Assembly: GCA_900317085.1 (NCBI GenBank)
Contig: ONFJ01000002.1
Span: 6,818 to 70,817, forward strand
DNA length: 64,000 nucleotides
Reading direction: 5' to 3'
DNA from: an uncultured Eubacteriales bacterium
Lineage (GTDB): Bacteria; Bacillota; Clostridia; Oscillospirales; Acutalibacteraceae
The notes under the pieces were generated by a model. The model searched no databases, had not been told where the DNA came from, and was given only the letters and a program-made list of their open reading frames with translations. Shown piece after piece: positions 9,904 through 18,152 of the stretch (the first letter of the stretch is position 1; every line of letters begins with the position of its first letter). The position numbers were made by a program, and so were the translations under genes.

Positions 9904-10893
9904 TCATTTTCTGCAATAGATATCGATCGCCTGCGAGACGAACTCCGCTGTGCCGGTGCCTCCCGCGCGGTCGATGTTCTCCTTGAACTCGCCGTCCGCC
10001 GCATACATCTTACCGAGTCCGCTCAGGATCTCCGGAGTACAGGTGTAGAAGTGCTCTGTGATGTAGTCCCGCAGCTCCTGCACCAGCGCCTGGGCTTCCG
10101 GCGCCGAGGCTTTCGACAATGAGGCCTTCGGCGACGAGGCTTCCGGCGACGAGGCTTTCGGCGACGAGGCTTTCGGCGACGAGGCTTCCGGCGACGAGGC
10201 TTCCGACGACGAGGCTGCTGCGTTATCACCTGCAGTATTACTGTCGGTGCCATCCTCTAAAAGGGCGCCGAACTTTGCGAAGATTGCCATGAATTCTTTC
10301 GCGAAGACCTGCTCGTCTTCCGAAGTCCGTCCGGCGCTCTTCACCTCATATTCTTTGTAAGCATCCGTGTCAGAGTATTGTTCTCTGGCACGCTTTTTAT
10401 ATTCCTCAAGTTTCGTCTTATCAAATGCAGTGAAATCCATCGTGTGGCTCCTTTCTTTGCGCCTCTCCGTGCGGCTTTCTATCCTTGTGCCCGACTCGTC
10501 CGGATTTCCAGCCGGGTCCGCGCTTCCCTCCTGGGACTTGTTGCCTGTGCCTCTTTGAACGTTCGACTGCTCGTTCTTCAATTCTTCCGCCAGGCGGATG
10601 AGTCCCTCGAGTCTTTCCTTTTTCAACGTCAGAAGTTCGATCTGCTGGTGAAGGGCTCTCTCTTTGTCATACGCCGGGCTGTCCAGGATGGCTTTGATGT
10701 CTTTCAGCGGAAACTCCAGTTCCCGGAACAGCAGGATCTCCTGCAACGTGGCGAGCTGTGCCTCTTCATACAGCCGATACCCGGCCTCCGTCCGCTCACT
10801 GGGGGACAAAAGCCCGATGTCATCATAATACTGCAGCGTCCGTACGCTCACGCCCGTCAGTTTACTGACCTGCTTCACCGTCATTGCCTTCAT
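9904..10893 (-). CDS. MerR-family transcriptional regulator with TipAS-like C-terminal domain and an internal (SSP[E/K]A)n repeat
   Basis: ATG at 10893, 7 nt downstream of AGAAGGAGGT. N-terminal HTH: VKQVSKLTGVSVRTLQYYDDIGLL. TipAS-like C-terminus: EHFYTCTPEILSGLGKMY. Confidence 0.85.
   Translation of the reverse strand: MKAMTVKQVSKLTGVSVRTLQYYDDIGLLSPSERTEAGYRLYEEAQLATLQEILLFRELEFPLKDIKAILDSPAYDKERALHQQIELLTLKKERLEGLIRLAEELKNEQSNVQRGTGNKSQEGSADPAGNPDESGTRIESRTERRKERSHTMDFTAFDKTKLEEYKKRAREQYSDTDAYKEYEVKSAGRTSEDEQVFAKEFMAIFAKFGALLEDGTDSNTAGDNAAASSSEASSPEASSPKASSPKASSPEASSPKASLSKASAPEAQALVQELRDYITEHFYTCTPEILSGLGKMYAADGEFKENIDRAGGTGTAEFVSQAIDIYCRK
10100..10219. repeat. 15-bp tandem repeat (8 units, GGCGACGAGGCTT[T/C]C on + strand) inside the MerR/TipAS gene
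   Basis: Six near-perfect units lie at 10130-10219 and two degenerate units at 10100-10129. On the coding (-) strand they encode SSPEASSPKASSPKASSPEASSPKAS. Confidence 0.9.
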
Positions 10894-10923
10894 CCCGGCC
10901 ACCTCCTTCTCTGAGACAACTAT

Positions 10924-10954
10924 ACCATAAACCCTCACGCAACGTGAGAGTCAA
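10924..10954 (-). promoter_or_regulatory. MerR-type promoter: -35 TTGACT, 19-bp spacer containing a perfect dyad CTCACG-N3-CGTGAG, -10 TATGGT
   Basis: Read on the minus strand: TTGACT(10954-10949)-CTCACGTTGCGTGAGGGTT-TATGGT(10929-10924). An overlong 19-bp spacer with a dyad operator is the MerR-family hallmark. Confidence 0.7.
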
Positions 10955-10997
10955 GAGCCATTTTCACAAAACCGCAATATGACGCTCCGAGCGGAAA

Positions 10998-11400
10998 GAC
11001 CGCCAGGATTTCATCTCAGTGAAACATGGCGGTGATTTTTAAAGGCGATTCTCTCTGCTTCAACCAGCAAGACCGCCAGTATTCTATCTCATCGAAACAT
11101 GGCGGTGATTTTTAAAGGCGATTCTCTCTGCTTCAGTCAGGAAGACCGCCAGTATTCTATCTCAGTGAAACATGGCGGTGATTTTTAAAGGCGATTCTCT
11201 CTGCTTCGGCCAGGAAGACCGCCAGTATTCTATCTCAGCGAAACATGGCGGTGTTTTTCAAAGGCGATTCTCTCTGCTTCAGTCAGGAAGACCGCCAGTA
11301 TTCTATCTCAGCAAAATATAGCGGTAATCTTTAAAGGAGATGCTCTCAGGCTCTGTTAGAAAGACCGCCAGTATTATATTTCAGCGAAATATGGCGGTTT
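10998..11400. repeat. Tandem array of six 73-bp units, each carrying an inverted repeat ACCGCCA...TGGCGGT followed by GATTTTT
   Basis: Unit starts are at 10998, 11071, 11144, 11217, 11290 and 11363, an exact 73-bp period. Units 2-4 are nearly identical over their full length. Units 5-6 are degenerate. Confidence 0.95.
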
Positions 11401-11851
11401 GTGTGACGCTGGGCTTCGTCGGAGGTTCATGGAGTCGGGGCACATGCCCCTTAGTCCAGAACCTGCGGCGCCTCCTCGCCTCAGCTGAACCATTCTCCTG
11501 GCAGGCCGAAGGGCCGCAGTGCCTCTTTGGCCTGTTGCTGGCCACGTGCCGCAGGGCGGAGGGGAAGTCAAGAGCTGGAAAAGCATAAAAAGTTGTAAGA
11601 GATGGGGCGGTTGGCAGCCGCGAAGCGGGCTTGACTCTTTACTTCCCCGGAGCACTGTGGCACCTCAAATACGCGGACAGCTCTGCTGGAACGCGGATGT
11701 TCCCGAGGGGGAGGAGGCGAAGCCTCCGATGTTTTGTTGGTGGTGCTGCGGATGAGGGGTGGATCGCCAAAGGGAGTGCCTGTGAAACCTGGAAGCAGAA
11801 TGTTAAACAGAGAATGGGCGGAGATTCGAAGAAAAAAGGGTAAATCGCCCC

Positions 11852-11880
11852 TTGACTTCAGGGGAGTGGGCTTATATAAT
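11852..11880 (+). promoter_or_regulatory. Sigma-70-type promoter for ylxM-ffh
   Basis: TTGACT(11852-11857), 17 nt, TATAAT(11875-11880). Confidence 0.7.
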
Positions 11881-11958
11881 AGTGGAGCTGTAAAGAGAAA
11901 AGACTTTACAGACAGCCGGCGAAGAGCCGGGAATGAAATGAAACGGAGGTCGACGGCA

Positions 11959-12324
11959 GTGACGAAGAATTTCGAGCAGATCAATCTTCTTCTGGACTTC
12001 TATGGCAGCATGCTGACCGAGCGTCAGAGAAGCTTCCTCGAGTACTACTATGAAGATGACCTGTCGCTGGCGGAGATCGCCGAAAACGAAGGGATCACCC
12101 GACAGGGTGTCCGTGACGCGATCAAGCGTGCCGAAGGTCAGCTCTACCAGATGGAGGAGCGCCTCGGGCTCGCCAAACGGTTCGCTGAAGTGCAGAAGGG
12201 TCTCAGAGAGATCGACGAAGCGGCGGAGAGCATCTACGAATGCAACATGAGAACGGGCCTGTCCCGGGAAATCAATGAGGCATGCGTCAAGATCCGGTTC
12301 CTCGCCGGCGCCCTCAGCGAATAA
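11959..12324 (+). CDS. ylxM: YlxM/p13-like putative DNA-binding protein (UPF0122, sigma-70 region-4-like HTH)
   Basis: GTG at 11959, 9 nt after GGAGG; an alternative ATG lies at 11938. LLDFYGSMLTERQRSFLEYYYEDDLSLAEIAE is typical of the family. The position directly upstream of ffh is conserved. Confidence 0.85.
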   Translation: MTKNFEQINLLLDFYGSMLTERQRSFLEYYYEDDLSLAEIAENEGITRQGVRDAIKRAEGQLYQMEERLGLAKRFAEVQKGLREIDEAAESIYECNMRTGLSREINEACVKIRFLAGALSE

Positions 12325-12336
12325 AGGAGACAGCAC

Positions 12337-13710
12337 ATGGCATTTGAAGGACTGTCAGACAGACTTGAAGGTGCATTCAAGCGTCTGAAAAGCAAAGGTT
12401 CCCTGAATGAACAAGACGTACGTGAAGCCATGCGCGAAGTCCGCCTCGCCTTACTCGAAGCGGACGTCAGCTACAAAGTCGCAAAGGACTTCACGGCGAA
12501 AGTCACGGAACGGGCCATCGGCGCTCAGGTCATGTCCAGCCTGACGCCTGCACAGATGGTCATCAAGATCGTCAACGAAGAACTCACGGAACTCATGGGC
12601 GGCACGCAGACCCGCCTCGCGGAAGCGCAGCACCCGCCGACAGTCATCATGATGGTCGGTCTCCAGGGTTCCGGTAAAACCACACACTGTGCGAAGATCG
12701 CCAAGAAGCTGAAGGGCGAAGGCCACCGGCCCCTGCTGGTCGCCTGCGACGTCTACCGTCCCGCCGCCATCAAGCAGTTGCAGGTGGTCGGCCAGAACGC
12801 CGGTGTCCCGGTATATGAAGCCGGACAGGGCGACCCGGTCGAGATCGCACAGAACGGTATCCGCCTGGCGAAAGACCAGGGTTACGACTACGTCTTTATC
12901 GACACCGCCGGTCGTCTCCATGTAGACGAACAGCTCATGCAGGAACTGCAGAACATCAAGTCTGCCGTCCACCCGCACGAGATCCTGCTGGTCGTCGACT
13001 CCATGACCGGTCAGGACGCCGTCAACGTGGCATCCTCGTTCAACGACCAGGTCGGCATCGACGGCATCGTCCTCACCAAGCTGGACGGTGACACCCGCGG
13101 AGGTGCCGCACTTTCCGCACGGGCCATTACCGGCAAGCCCATCAAATTTTCCGGTACCGGTGAGAAGCTCGACGACCTCGAGTACTTCCACCCGGACAGA
13201 ATGGCTTCCCGCATCCTCGGCATGGGCGATATGCTGTCGCTCATCGAACGGGCGGAACAGCAGTATTCCGACGAGGAAGCCGAACGCATGGAGAAGAAGT
13301 TCCGCAAGAACAAATTCGACATGAACGACCTGCTCGACAACCTGCAGAAGGTCCGCAAGCTCGGCCCGCTGAAAGACGTCCTCGGGATGCTCCCCGGCGT
13401 CGGCAGCCAGCTGAAAGACGTGGACATCGACGAACACCAGTTCGACCGCATCCAGGCCCTCATCCTCTCGATGACGCCGAAGGAGCGGGAGAAGCCTGAG
13501 ATCCTCGATGCATCGCGCAAGCGCCGCATCGCGGCAGGTGCCGGCCAGAAGGTCGAAGACGTCAATCGCCTGCTTGCCCAGTACAAGCAGATGCAGAAAA
13601 TGTTCAAACAGATGAACAGCAAAAAAGCCAGAAAACAGTTACAGAGACTGACAGCAAACGGAAATATGGATGGCCTCAAGGACCTCGATATCACCAAGCT
13701 CGGTATGTAA
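12337..13710 (+). CDS. ffh: Signal recognition particle protein Ffh
   Basis: 457 aa. NG domain (GLQGSGKTT, DTAGR, TKLDGD) and a Met-rich M domain. Confidence 0.97.
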   Translation: MAFEGLSDRLEGAFKRLKSKGSLNEQDVREAMREVRLALLEADVSYKVAKDFTAKVTERAIGAQVMSSLTPAQMVIKIVNEELTELMGGTQTRLAEAQHPPTVIMMVGLQGSGKTTHCAKIAKKLKGEGHRPLLVACDVYRPAAIKQLQVVGQNAGVPVYEAGQGDPVEIAQNGIRLAKDQGYDYVFIDTAGRLHVDEQLMQELQNIKSAVHPHEILLVVDSMTGQDAVNVASSFNDQVGIDGIVLTKLDGDTRGGAALSARAITGKPIKFSGTGEKLDDLEYFHPDRMASRILGMGDMLSLIERAEQQYSDEEAERMEKKFRKNKFDMNDLLDNLQKVRKLGPLKDVLGMLPGVGSQLKDVDIDEHQFDRIQALILSMTPKEREKPEILDASRKRRIAAGAGQKVEDVNRLLAQYKQMQKMFKQMNSKKARKQLQRLTANGNMDGLKDLDITKLGM

Positions 13711-13736
13711 CCTGAAAAACATTGGAGGAAAAAACC

Positions 13737-13982
13737 ATGGCAGTTAAAATCAGACTTAGAAGAATGGGCGCCAAGAGACAGCCGTCCTACCGCGTTGTTG
13801 TCGCAGATTCCAGATATCCGCGCGACGGCCGTTTCATCGAGGAAATCGGTTTCTATGATCCCACCAAGAGCCCGTCTGTCATCCGCATCGACAACGAAAA
13901 AGCTCAGCAGTGGCTCAAGAATGGCGCTCAGCCGACCGATACTGTTCGGGCTCTCCTGAAGAAGTCCGGCGCGATCCAGTAA
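13737..13982 (+). CDS. rpsP: 30S ribosomal protein S16
   Basis: [29 protein letters not shown] at 13737 after GGAGG. Confidence 0.95.
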   Translation: MAVKIRLRRMGAKRQPSYRVVVADSRYPRDGRFIEEIGFYDPTKSPSVIRIDNEKAQQWLKNGAQPTDTVRALLKKSGAIQ

Positions 13983-13995
13983 TCGGAGGCGCAAC

Positions 13996-14229
13996 ATGCA
14001 GGAATTACTGACCAGCATTGCCCAGGGTCTCGTCGAGGACCCGGCCAGTGTGACTGTCACTGTTGACGAGCCGAACGAGAACGGTGTCATCGTATACCAT
14101 CTCCACGTGGCCGCTGACGACATGGGCAGAGTCATTGGCAAACAGGGCCGCATCGCCAAGGCGATCCGCACGGTCATGAGAGCTGCAGCCAACCGCGCTG
14201 AAGCCCGCATCGCTGTCGAGATCGACTGA
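13996..14229 (+). CDS. khpA: KH-domain RNA-binding protein (YlqC/KhpA)
   Basis: 77 aa with the GKQGRIAKAIRTV motif, in the conserved position between rpsP and rimM. Confidence 0.88.
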   Translation: MQELLTSIAQGLVEDPASVTVTVDEPNENGVIVYHLHVAADDMGRVIGKQGRIAKAIRTVMRAAANRAEARIAVEID

Positions 14230-14294
14230 TTGCAAACGAACAGGGTATCTGCCACACCGCAGGTACCCTTTTGTTTTTCCGAAAGGAGCATCCG

Positions 14295-14828
14295 ATGAAA
14301 TTACAATACCTGGAACTCGGAAAGGTGCAGAACACCCACGGCGTGCGGGGCGAACTGCGGGTGGAACCCTGGTGCGACACTCCGGAACTCTTCGACGTCG
14401 TCGAGACCGTCTACCTCAAAAAGGACGGAAAAGACCCTTACCGTGTGGTCTCCTGGAGACCGCATAAGCACCTCGTGCTCCTGACCCTGGCGGGCGTGGG
14501 CGATGTAGACACCGCTGCGCGGCTCAAGAACCGCATCCTCTATGTAGAGCGGGACGCCATCGCCGACACACTGCCCGAGGGGAAACACTTCATCGCCGAG
14601 ATGATCGGCTGTGAGGTCCGTAACGCGGACGATGAGTCCATCGTCTACGGCAAACTCACCGACGTGTTCAACCGCGGCGCGAACAATGTCTGGGAGATCC
14701 GAAAAGGGGACAAAGAGTACCTGATGCCGGACATCCCGGGGATCGTCGTGTCGGTGGACATCGAGAAGGAAGTCGCTCTGGTGCGGCCTATTCCCGGCAT
14801 CTTTGACGACGCGGAGGAAGTGCGATGA
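14295..14828 (+). CDS. rimM: 16S rRNA processing protein RimM
   Basis: ATG at 14295 after AAAGGAG. LELGKVQNTHGVRGELRV and a PRC-barrel C-terminus. Confidence 0.9.
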   Translation: MKLQYLELGKVQNTHGVRGELRVEPWCDTPELFDVVETVYLKKDGKDPYRVVSWRPHKHLVLLTLAGVGDVDTAARLKNRILYVERDAIADTLPEGKHFIAEMIGCEVRNADDESIVYGKLTDVFNRGANNVWEIRKGDKEYLMPDIPGIVVSVDIEKEVALVRPIPGIFDDAEEVR

Positions 14829-15568
14829 GGATCGACATCATGACTCTGTTCCCGGAGATGTGCGAAGCGTTCCTCTCCGAGAGCATCATCGGCAGGGCCC
14901 GGGCGGCGGGACACGTGGACATCCGCTGTGTCAACATCCGGGACTACGCCGGTAACAAACACAACCGGGTAGACGACTACCCTTACGGCGGCGGGACCGG
15001 CATGGTCATGCAGCCGGGCCCCATTTATGACTGTTACAAAGCGGTCACCGAGGACGGCGCACGGAAGTGCCACCTCATCTATATGACGCCCCAGGGGAAG
15101 ACCCTGACCCAGGAACGGGTCCGGGAACTCTCCGAGATGGATGACCTCGTCTTCCTGTGCGGCCACTACGAAGGGGTCGACGAGCGGGTCATCGAGGAGA
15201 TCGTCGATGAGGAGATCTCCATCGGGGACTATGTCCTCACCGGCGGGGAACTGCCCGCCCTCATCCTCGCAGACAGCATTTCGAGAATGCTGCCCGGCGT
15301 CCTCGCGAACGAAGACGCCTTCACGGAGGAGAGCCACTACGGCCACCTCCTCGAATACCCCCAGTACACCCGTCCCGCCGAGTGGCAGGGCAGGGAAGTG
15401 CCGGACGTGCTGTTCTCCGGAGACCACGGCAAGGTGGACCGGTGGCGGCTCGAACAGGCCGTGGCCCGCACGTACGAGCGCCGACCGGACATGCTGGAAG
15501 CCGCAGAGGCATCCGGCAGTCTGACGAAGGAAGAACAGGAGATCCTCGACTCGCTTCGGTCAGTTTGA
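14825..15568 (+). CDS. trmD: tRNA (guanine37-N1)-methyltransferase TrmD (operon copy)
   Basis: 247 aa. Motifs YPYGGGTGMVM, LCGHYEGVDERV, IGDYVLTGGELPA and EYPQYTRP. Overlaps the rimM stop. Confidence 0.95.
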   Translation: MRIDIMTLFPEMCEAFLSESIIGRARAAGHVDIRCVNIRDYAGNKHNRVDDYPYGGGTGMVMQPGPIYDCYKAVTEDGARKCHLIYMTPQGKTLTQERVRELSEMDDLVFLCGHYEGVDERVIEEIVDEEISIGDYVLTGGELPALILADSISRMLPGVLANEDAFTEESHYGHLLEYPQYTRPAEWQGREVPDVLFSGDHGKVDRWRLEQAVARTYERRPDMLEAAEASGSLTKEEQEILDSLRSV

Positions 15569-15753
15569 TCAGGAGTCGGTCCATCGCCACAGGGAGAAAA
15601 ACTACATTTTGTAGCGTTTGATAAGAACGGTACAACATACAGGTTCGACAGAAAACGGAAACTGTCGTGATGGCACAAAAGAGACTGTAAAAAACTATGA
15701 AATCTTCACAAAGTGAAAATGTAAAAACAGTCCCGCTTTGTCCGCTTTTCTAA

Positions 15754-15782
15754 TTGACGAGGGGTACCTCCTTGCATATAAT
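15754..15782 (+). promoter_or_regulatory. Sigma-70-type promoter for ptsH
   Basis: TTGACG(15754-15759), 17 nt, TATAAT(15777-15782). Confidence 0.65.
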
Positions 15783-15835
15783 ATTCAAGAAATTTGTAAA
15801 ACAACTTTTCTAAACGATTTGTGAGGGAATTTGCT

Positions 15836-16099
15836 ATGTATGTCAAAAGCGTAAAAGTTCAGAATCAGGTTGGCCTTCATGCCCGTCCGGCAACGTTCTT
15901 CATCCAGAAGGCTAATGAGTTCAAGTCCAGCATCTGGGTCGAGAAAGACGAGAGACGCGTCAACGCCAAGTCCCTTCTCGGCGTTCTGTCCCTTGGCATC
16001 ATGGGCGGCACCGACATCAAGATCATGGCCGGCGGCTCCGATGAAGAGGAAGCAGTCGATGCTCTGGTCGCTCTTGTCGAGTCCGGCTTCGCTGAATAA
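15836..16099 (+). CDS. ptsH: Phosphocarrier protein HPr
   Basis: MYVKSVKVQNQVGLHARPA (His15 motif) and KSLLGVLSLG (Ser46 region). ATG at 15836 after GAGGGA. Confidence 0.92.
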   Translation: MYVKSVKVQNQVGLHARPATFFIQKANEFKSSIWVEKDERRVNAKSLLGVLSLGIMGGTDIKIMAGGSDEEEAVDALVALVESGFAE

Positions 16100-16124
16100 T
16101 CGATCGTAAATAGAAAAGATTCTG

Positions 16125-16157
16125 AGCACACTGCCTTGGCGGTGTGCTTGTTCTGTT
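16125..16157 (+). terminator. Intrinsic terminator after ptsH
   Basis: Stem AGCACACTGCC / GGCGGTGTGCT (one G-U pair) followed by TGTTCTGTT. Confidence 0.6.
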
Positions 16158-16185
16158 ATAATAAGGAAAAAGGGAGGTGAAGTAC

Positions 16186-18084
16186 ATGGAGAACCCGAAG
16201 ATGAAAGAACTCAGGGCCAAGTCGATGCGGCTGCCCCTGGTCCCCGGCGTCTACATCATGAAGAACGGGAAGGGCGAAGTCATCTACATCGGCAAGGCGA
16301 AGGTCCTGAAGAACCGGGTCAGCCAGTACTTCGGCTCTCAGAACAACCACTCGACGAAGGTCCGCCGCATGGTGGAAAACGTCCGGGACTTCGACTACAT
16401 CCTCTGCGGCAGCGAGTTCGAGGCGCTCATCCTCGAGTGCAGCCTCATCAAGCAGAACATGCCGAAGTACAACATCCTTCTGAAGGACGACAAGGGCTAC
16501 CGGTACGTGAAGATCACGAACGAAGAGTGGCGGCGCATCAAGTATGTCAAACAGAAGCAGGAAGAGGACGCGAAGTACATCGGACCGTACCTCTCCGGGT
16601 TCGTCGTCAGCGAGTCGGTGGATGCCGCACTGAAGATCTTCAAACTCCCGGACTGCAACCGGACGTTCCCTAGCACCGGCCCGAACGTGCGGCCCTGCCT
16701 GCGGTATTACATCGGCCAGTGCAGCGCGCCCTGCTGCGGGAAGATCTCCCTCGAGGACTACAACGCGGCGGTCGATGAAGCCATCGAATTCCTCAAAGGG
16801 GAAGTGAAGCGCGGCGGCACGAAGGAGTACGTCGAACTGCTCGAAGTCCGTATGGAACACTACGCGGAGAACCTCGAGTTCGAACGGGCCGCCGAGATGC
16901 GGGACCGGATCAATGCCATCCGCCGCATGTCGGAAAAGCAGAAGGTCATCCTGACCGGCTCCGACACCGAGGACGTCTTCTCCCTTGCGAGGGAGGACGA
17001 CCGCATCTGTTTCAACGTCCTTCGCATCAACGACGGACGGCTCTCCTCCAGTGAGACCTACTTCACCGAACTGGACGAGTCCCTCGAAAACACCCGCGCC
17101 GAAATGCTGAAGCGCTACTATACCGTTCACGGCGATGTACCGTCCAAGATCATCCTGGACGGCCCCGCGGCGGACGACGAGCTCATCGAGCAGTGGCTGA
17201 CGGAGATGGCCGGCAAAAAGTGCCGGCTCGTCGTCCCCCAGAAAGGCCGGCAGCTCGAGCTCTCCCAGATGTCGAAGAACAACGCCTACGAAAAGCTCGC
17301 CCAGACCCACAAGCGCTCCAAAGCGGACACCGCGGTCATCGAGCTCGGCGAGCTGCTCGGCCTTTCGAGCCCGCCGGAGTTCATCGAGTCCTACGACATC
17401 TCCCATACGGCGGGCGCGGATGCCGTCGGCGGCATGGTCGTCTTCAAAAACGGCGTGCCCTACAAAGATTCGTACCGCAAGTTCACCATCAAGGAAGCAG
17501 TCGGCGGCGACGACTACGGCAGCATGGAAGAAGTGCTGGACCGCCGGTTCTCCCACTACTTCAAGGACCTCGAGGAACTGAAGGAGAAGGCCGACGCCGA
17601 GGGCAAAGACCTCGAAGAGCTCCTTGAGAACGCCAAAGGCTTCGCACGGCTCCCGGACCTTATCCTGATGGACGGCGGCCTCGGCCAGGTGCACTCCGCG
17701 CAGAAGATCCTGCGCAAGTACGACCTCGACATCCCCATCTTCGGTATGGTCAAGGACTCGAAGCACCGGACCCGCGCCATCGCCCATGACGGGGGAGAAA
17801 TCTCCATCTCTCAGGCACGAAAAGTGTTTGCCCTCGTCACGGGCATCCAGGACGAAGTCCACCGGTATGCCATCGGCTTCCACCACCAGAAGCATTCGAA
17901 GGGCGCCCGCAAGAGCGTTCTCACCGATATCCCCGGCATCGGACCGAAGAAGTCGGAGATCCTCTGGAAGGAATTCAAGACCCTCGATGCCATCAAACGG
18001 GCGGACATCGCGGACCTCGCGGCCGTCCCCGGCATTTCGAATGCGGACGCTGTCAACATCAAAAAGGTCTTACATTATAATTAG
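16186..18084 (+). CDS. uvrC: Excinuclease ABC subunit C
   Basis: GIY-YIG N-terminus (PGVYIMKN..GEVIYIGKA), a UVR domain, and a C-terminal (HhH)2. ATG at 16186 after GGGAGG. Confidence 0.96.
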   Translation: MENPKMKELRAKSMRLPLVPGVYIMKNGKGEVIYIGKAKVLKNRVSQYFGSQNNHSTKVRRMVENVRDFDYILCGSEFEALILECSLIKQNMPKYNILLKDDKGYRYVKITNEEWRRIKYVKQKQEEDAKYIGPYLSGFVVSESVDAALKIFKLPDCNRTFPSTGPNVRPCLRYYIGQCSAPCCGKISLEDYNAAVDEAIEFLKGEVKRGGTKEYVELLEVRMEHYAENLEFERAAEMRDRINAIRRMSEKQKVILTGSDTEDVFSLAREDDRICFNVLRINDGRLSSSETYFTELDESLENTRAEMLKRYYTVHGDVPSKIILDGPAADDELIEQWLTEMAGKKCRLVVPQKGRQLELSQMSKNNAYEKLAQTHKRSKADTAVIELGELLGLSSPPEFIESYDISHTAGADAVGGMVVFKNGVPYKDSYRKFTIKEAVGGDDYGSMEEVLDRRFSHYFKDLEELKEKADAEGKDLEELLENAKGFARLPDLILMDGGLGQVHSAQKILRKYDLDIPIFGMVKDSKHRTRAIAHDGGEISISQARKVFALVTGIQDEVHRYAIGFHHQKHSKGARKSVLTDIPGIGPKKSEILWKEFKTLDAIKRADIADLAAVPGISNADAVNIKKVLHYN

Positions 18085-18152
18085 ATTATTATAGTTGACA
18101 AATAAAGTGCCGATATGAGACAATAAACTGCATTAATAGGAGGAGTCTTCCC

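Noticed and set aside
11025-11330. Overlapping 29-codon ORFs, each starting at the ATG in a hairpin 3' arm (MAVIFKGDSLCF...KHGGDF) and ending at the TAA of the next unit.
   Set aside because: No Shine-Dalgarno sequence precedes any of the ATGs. The 73-bp period is not a multiple of 3. Differences between units are non-synonymous, with no sign of purifying selection.
10998-11400. Possible CRISPR array: a roughly 36-nt palindromic-ended repeat alternating with roughly 37-nt intervening segments.
   Set aside because: The intervening segments are nearly identical to each other rather than unique spacers. The whole 73-bp unit is the repeat. No cas genes or leader are present in the window.
11738-11752. 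T-box-like sequence TTGGTGGTGCTGCGG.
   Set aside because: It is only a partial match to AGGGTGGNACCGCG and lies 3' of the adjacent terminator-like hairpin, which is the wrong order. The downstream genes (ylxM-ffh) are not typical T-box targets.
11780-11815. SRP-RNA (ffs) helix-8-like string CCTGGAAGCAG near ffh.
   Set aside because: I could not build the GGAA-tetraloop stem or the symmetric and asymmetric loops. The resemblance is limited to a few nucleotides.
18096-18125. Possible promoter for rsmD (TTGACA at 18096-18101).
   Set aside because: No acceptable -10 hexamer lies at 16-18-nt spacing; GACAAT is the best available.
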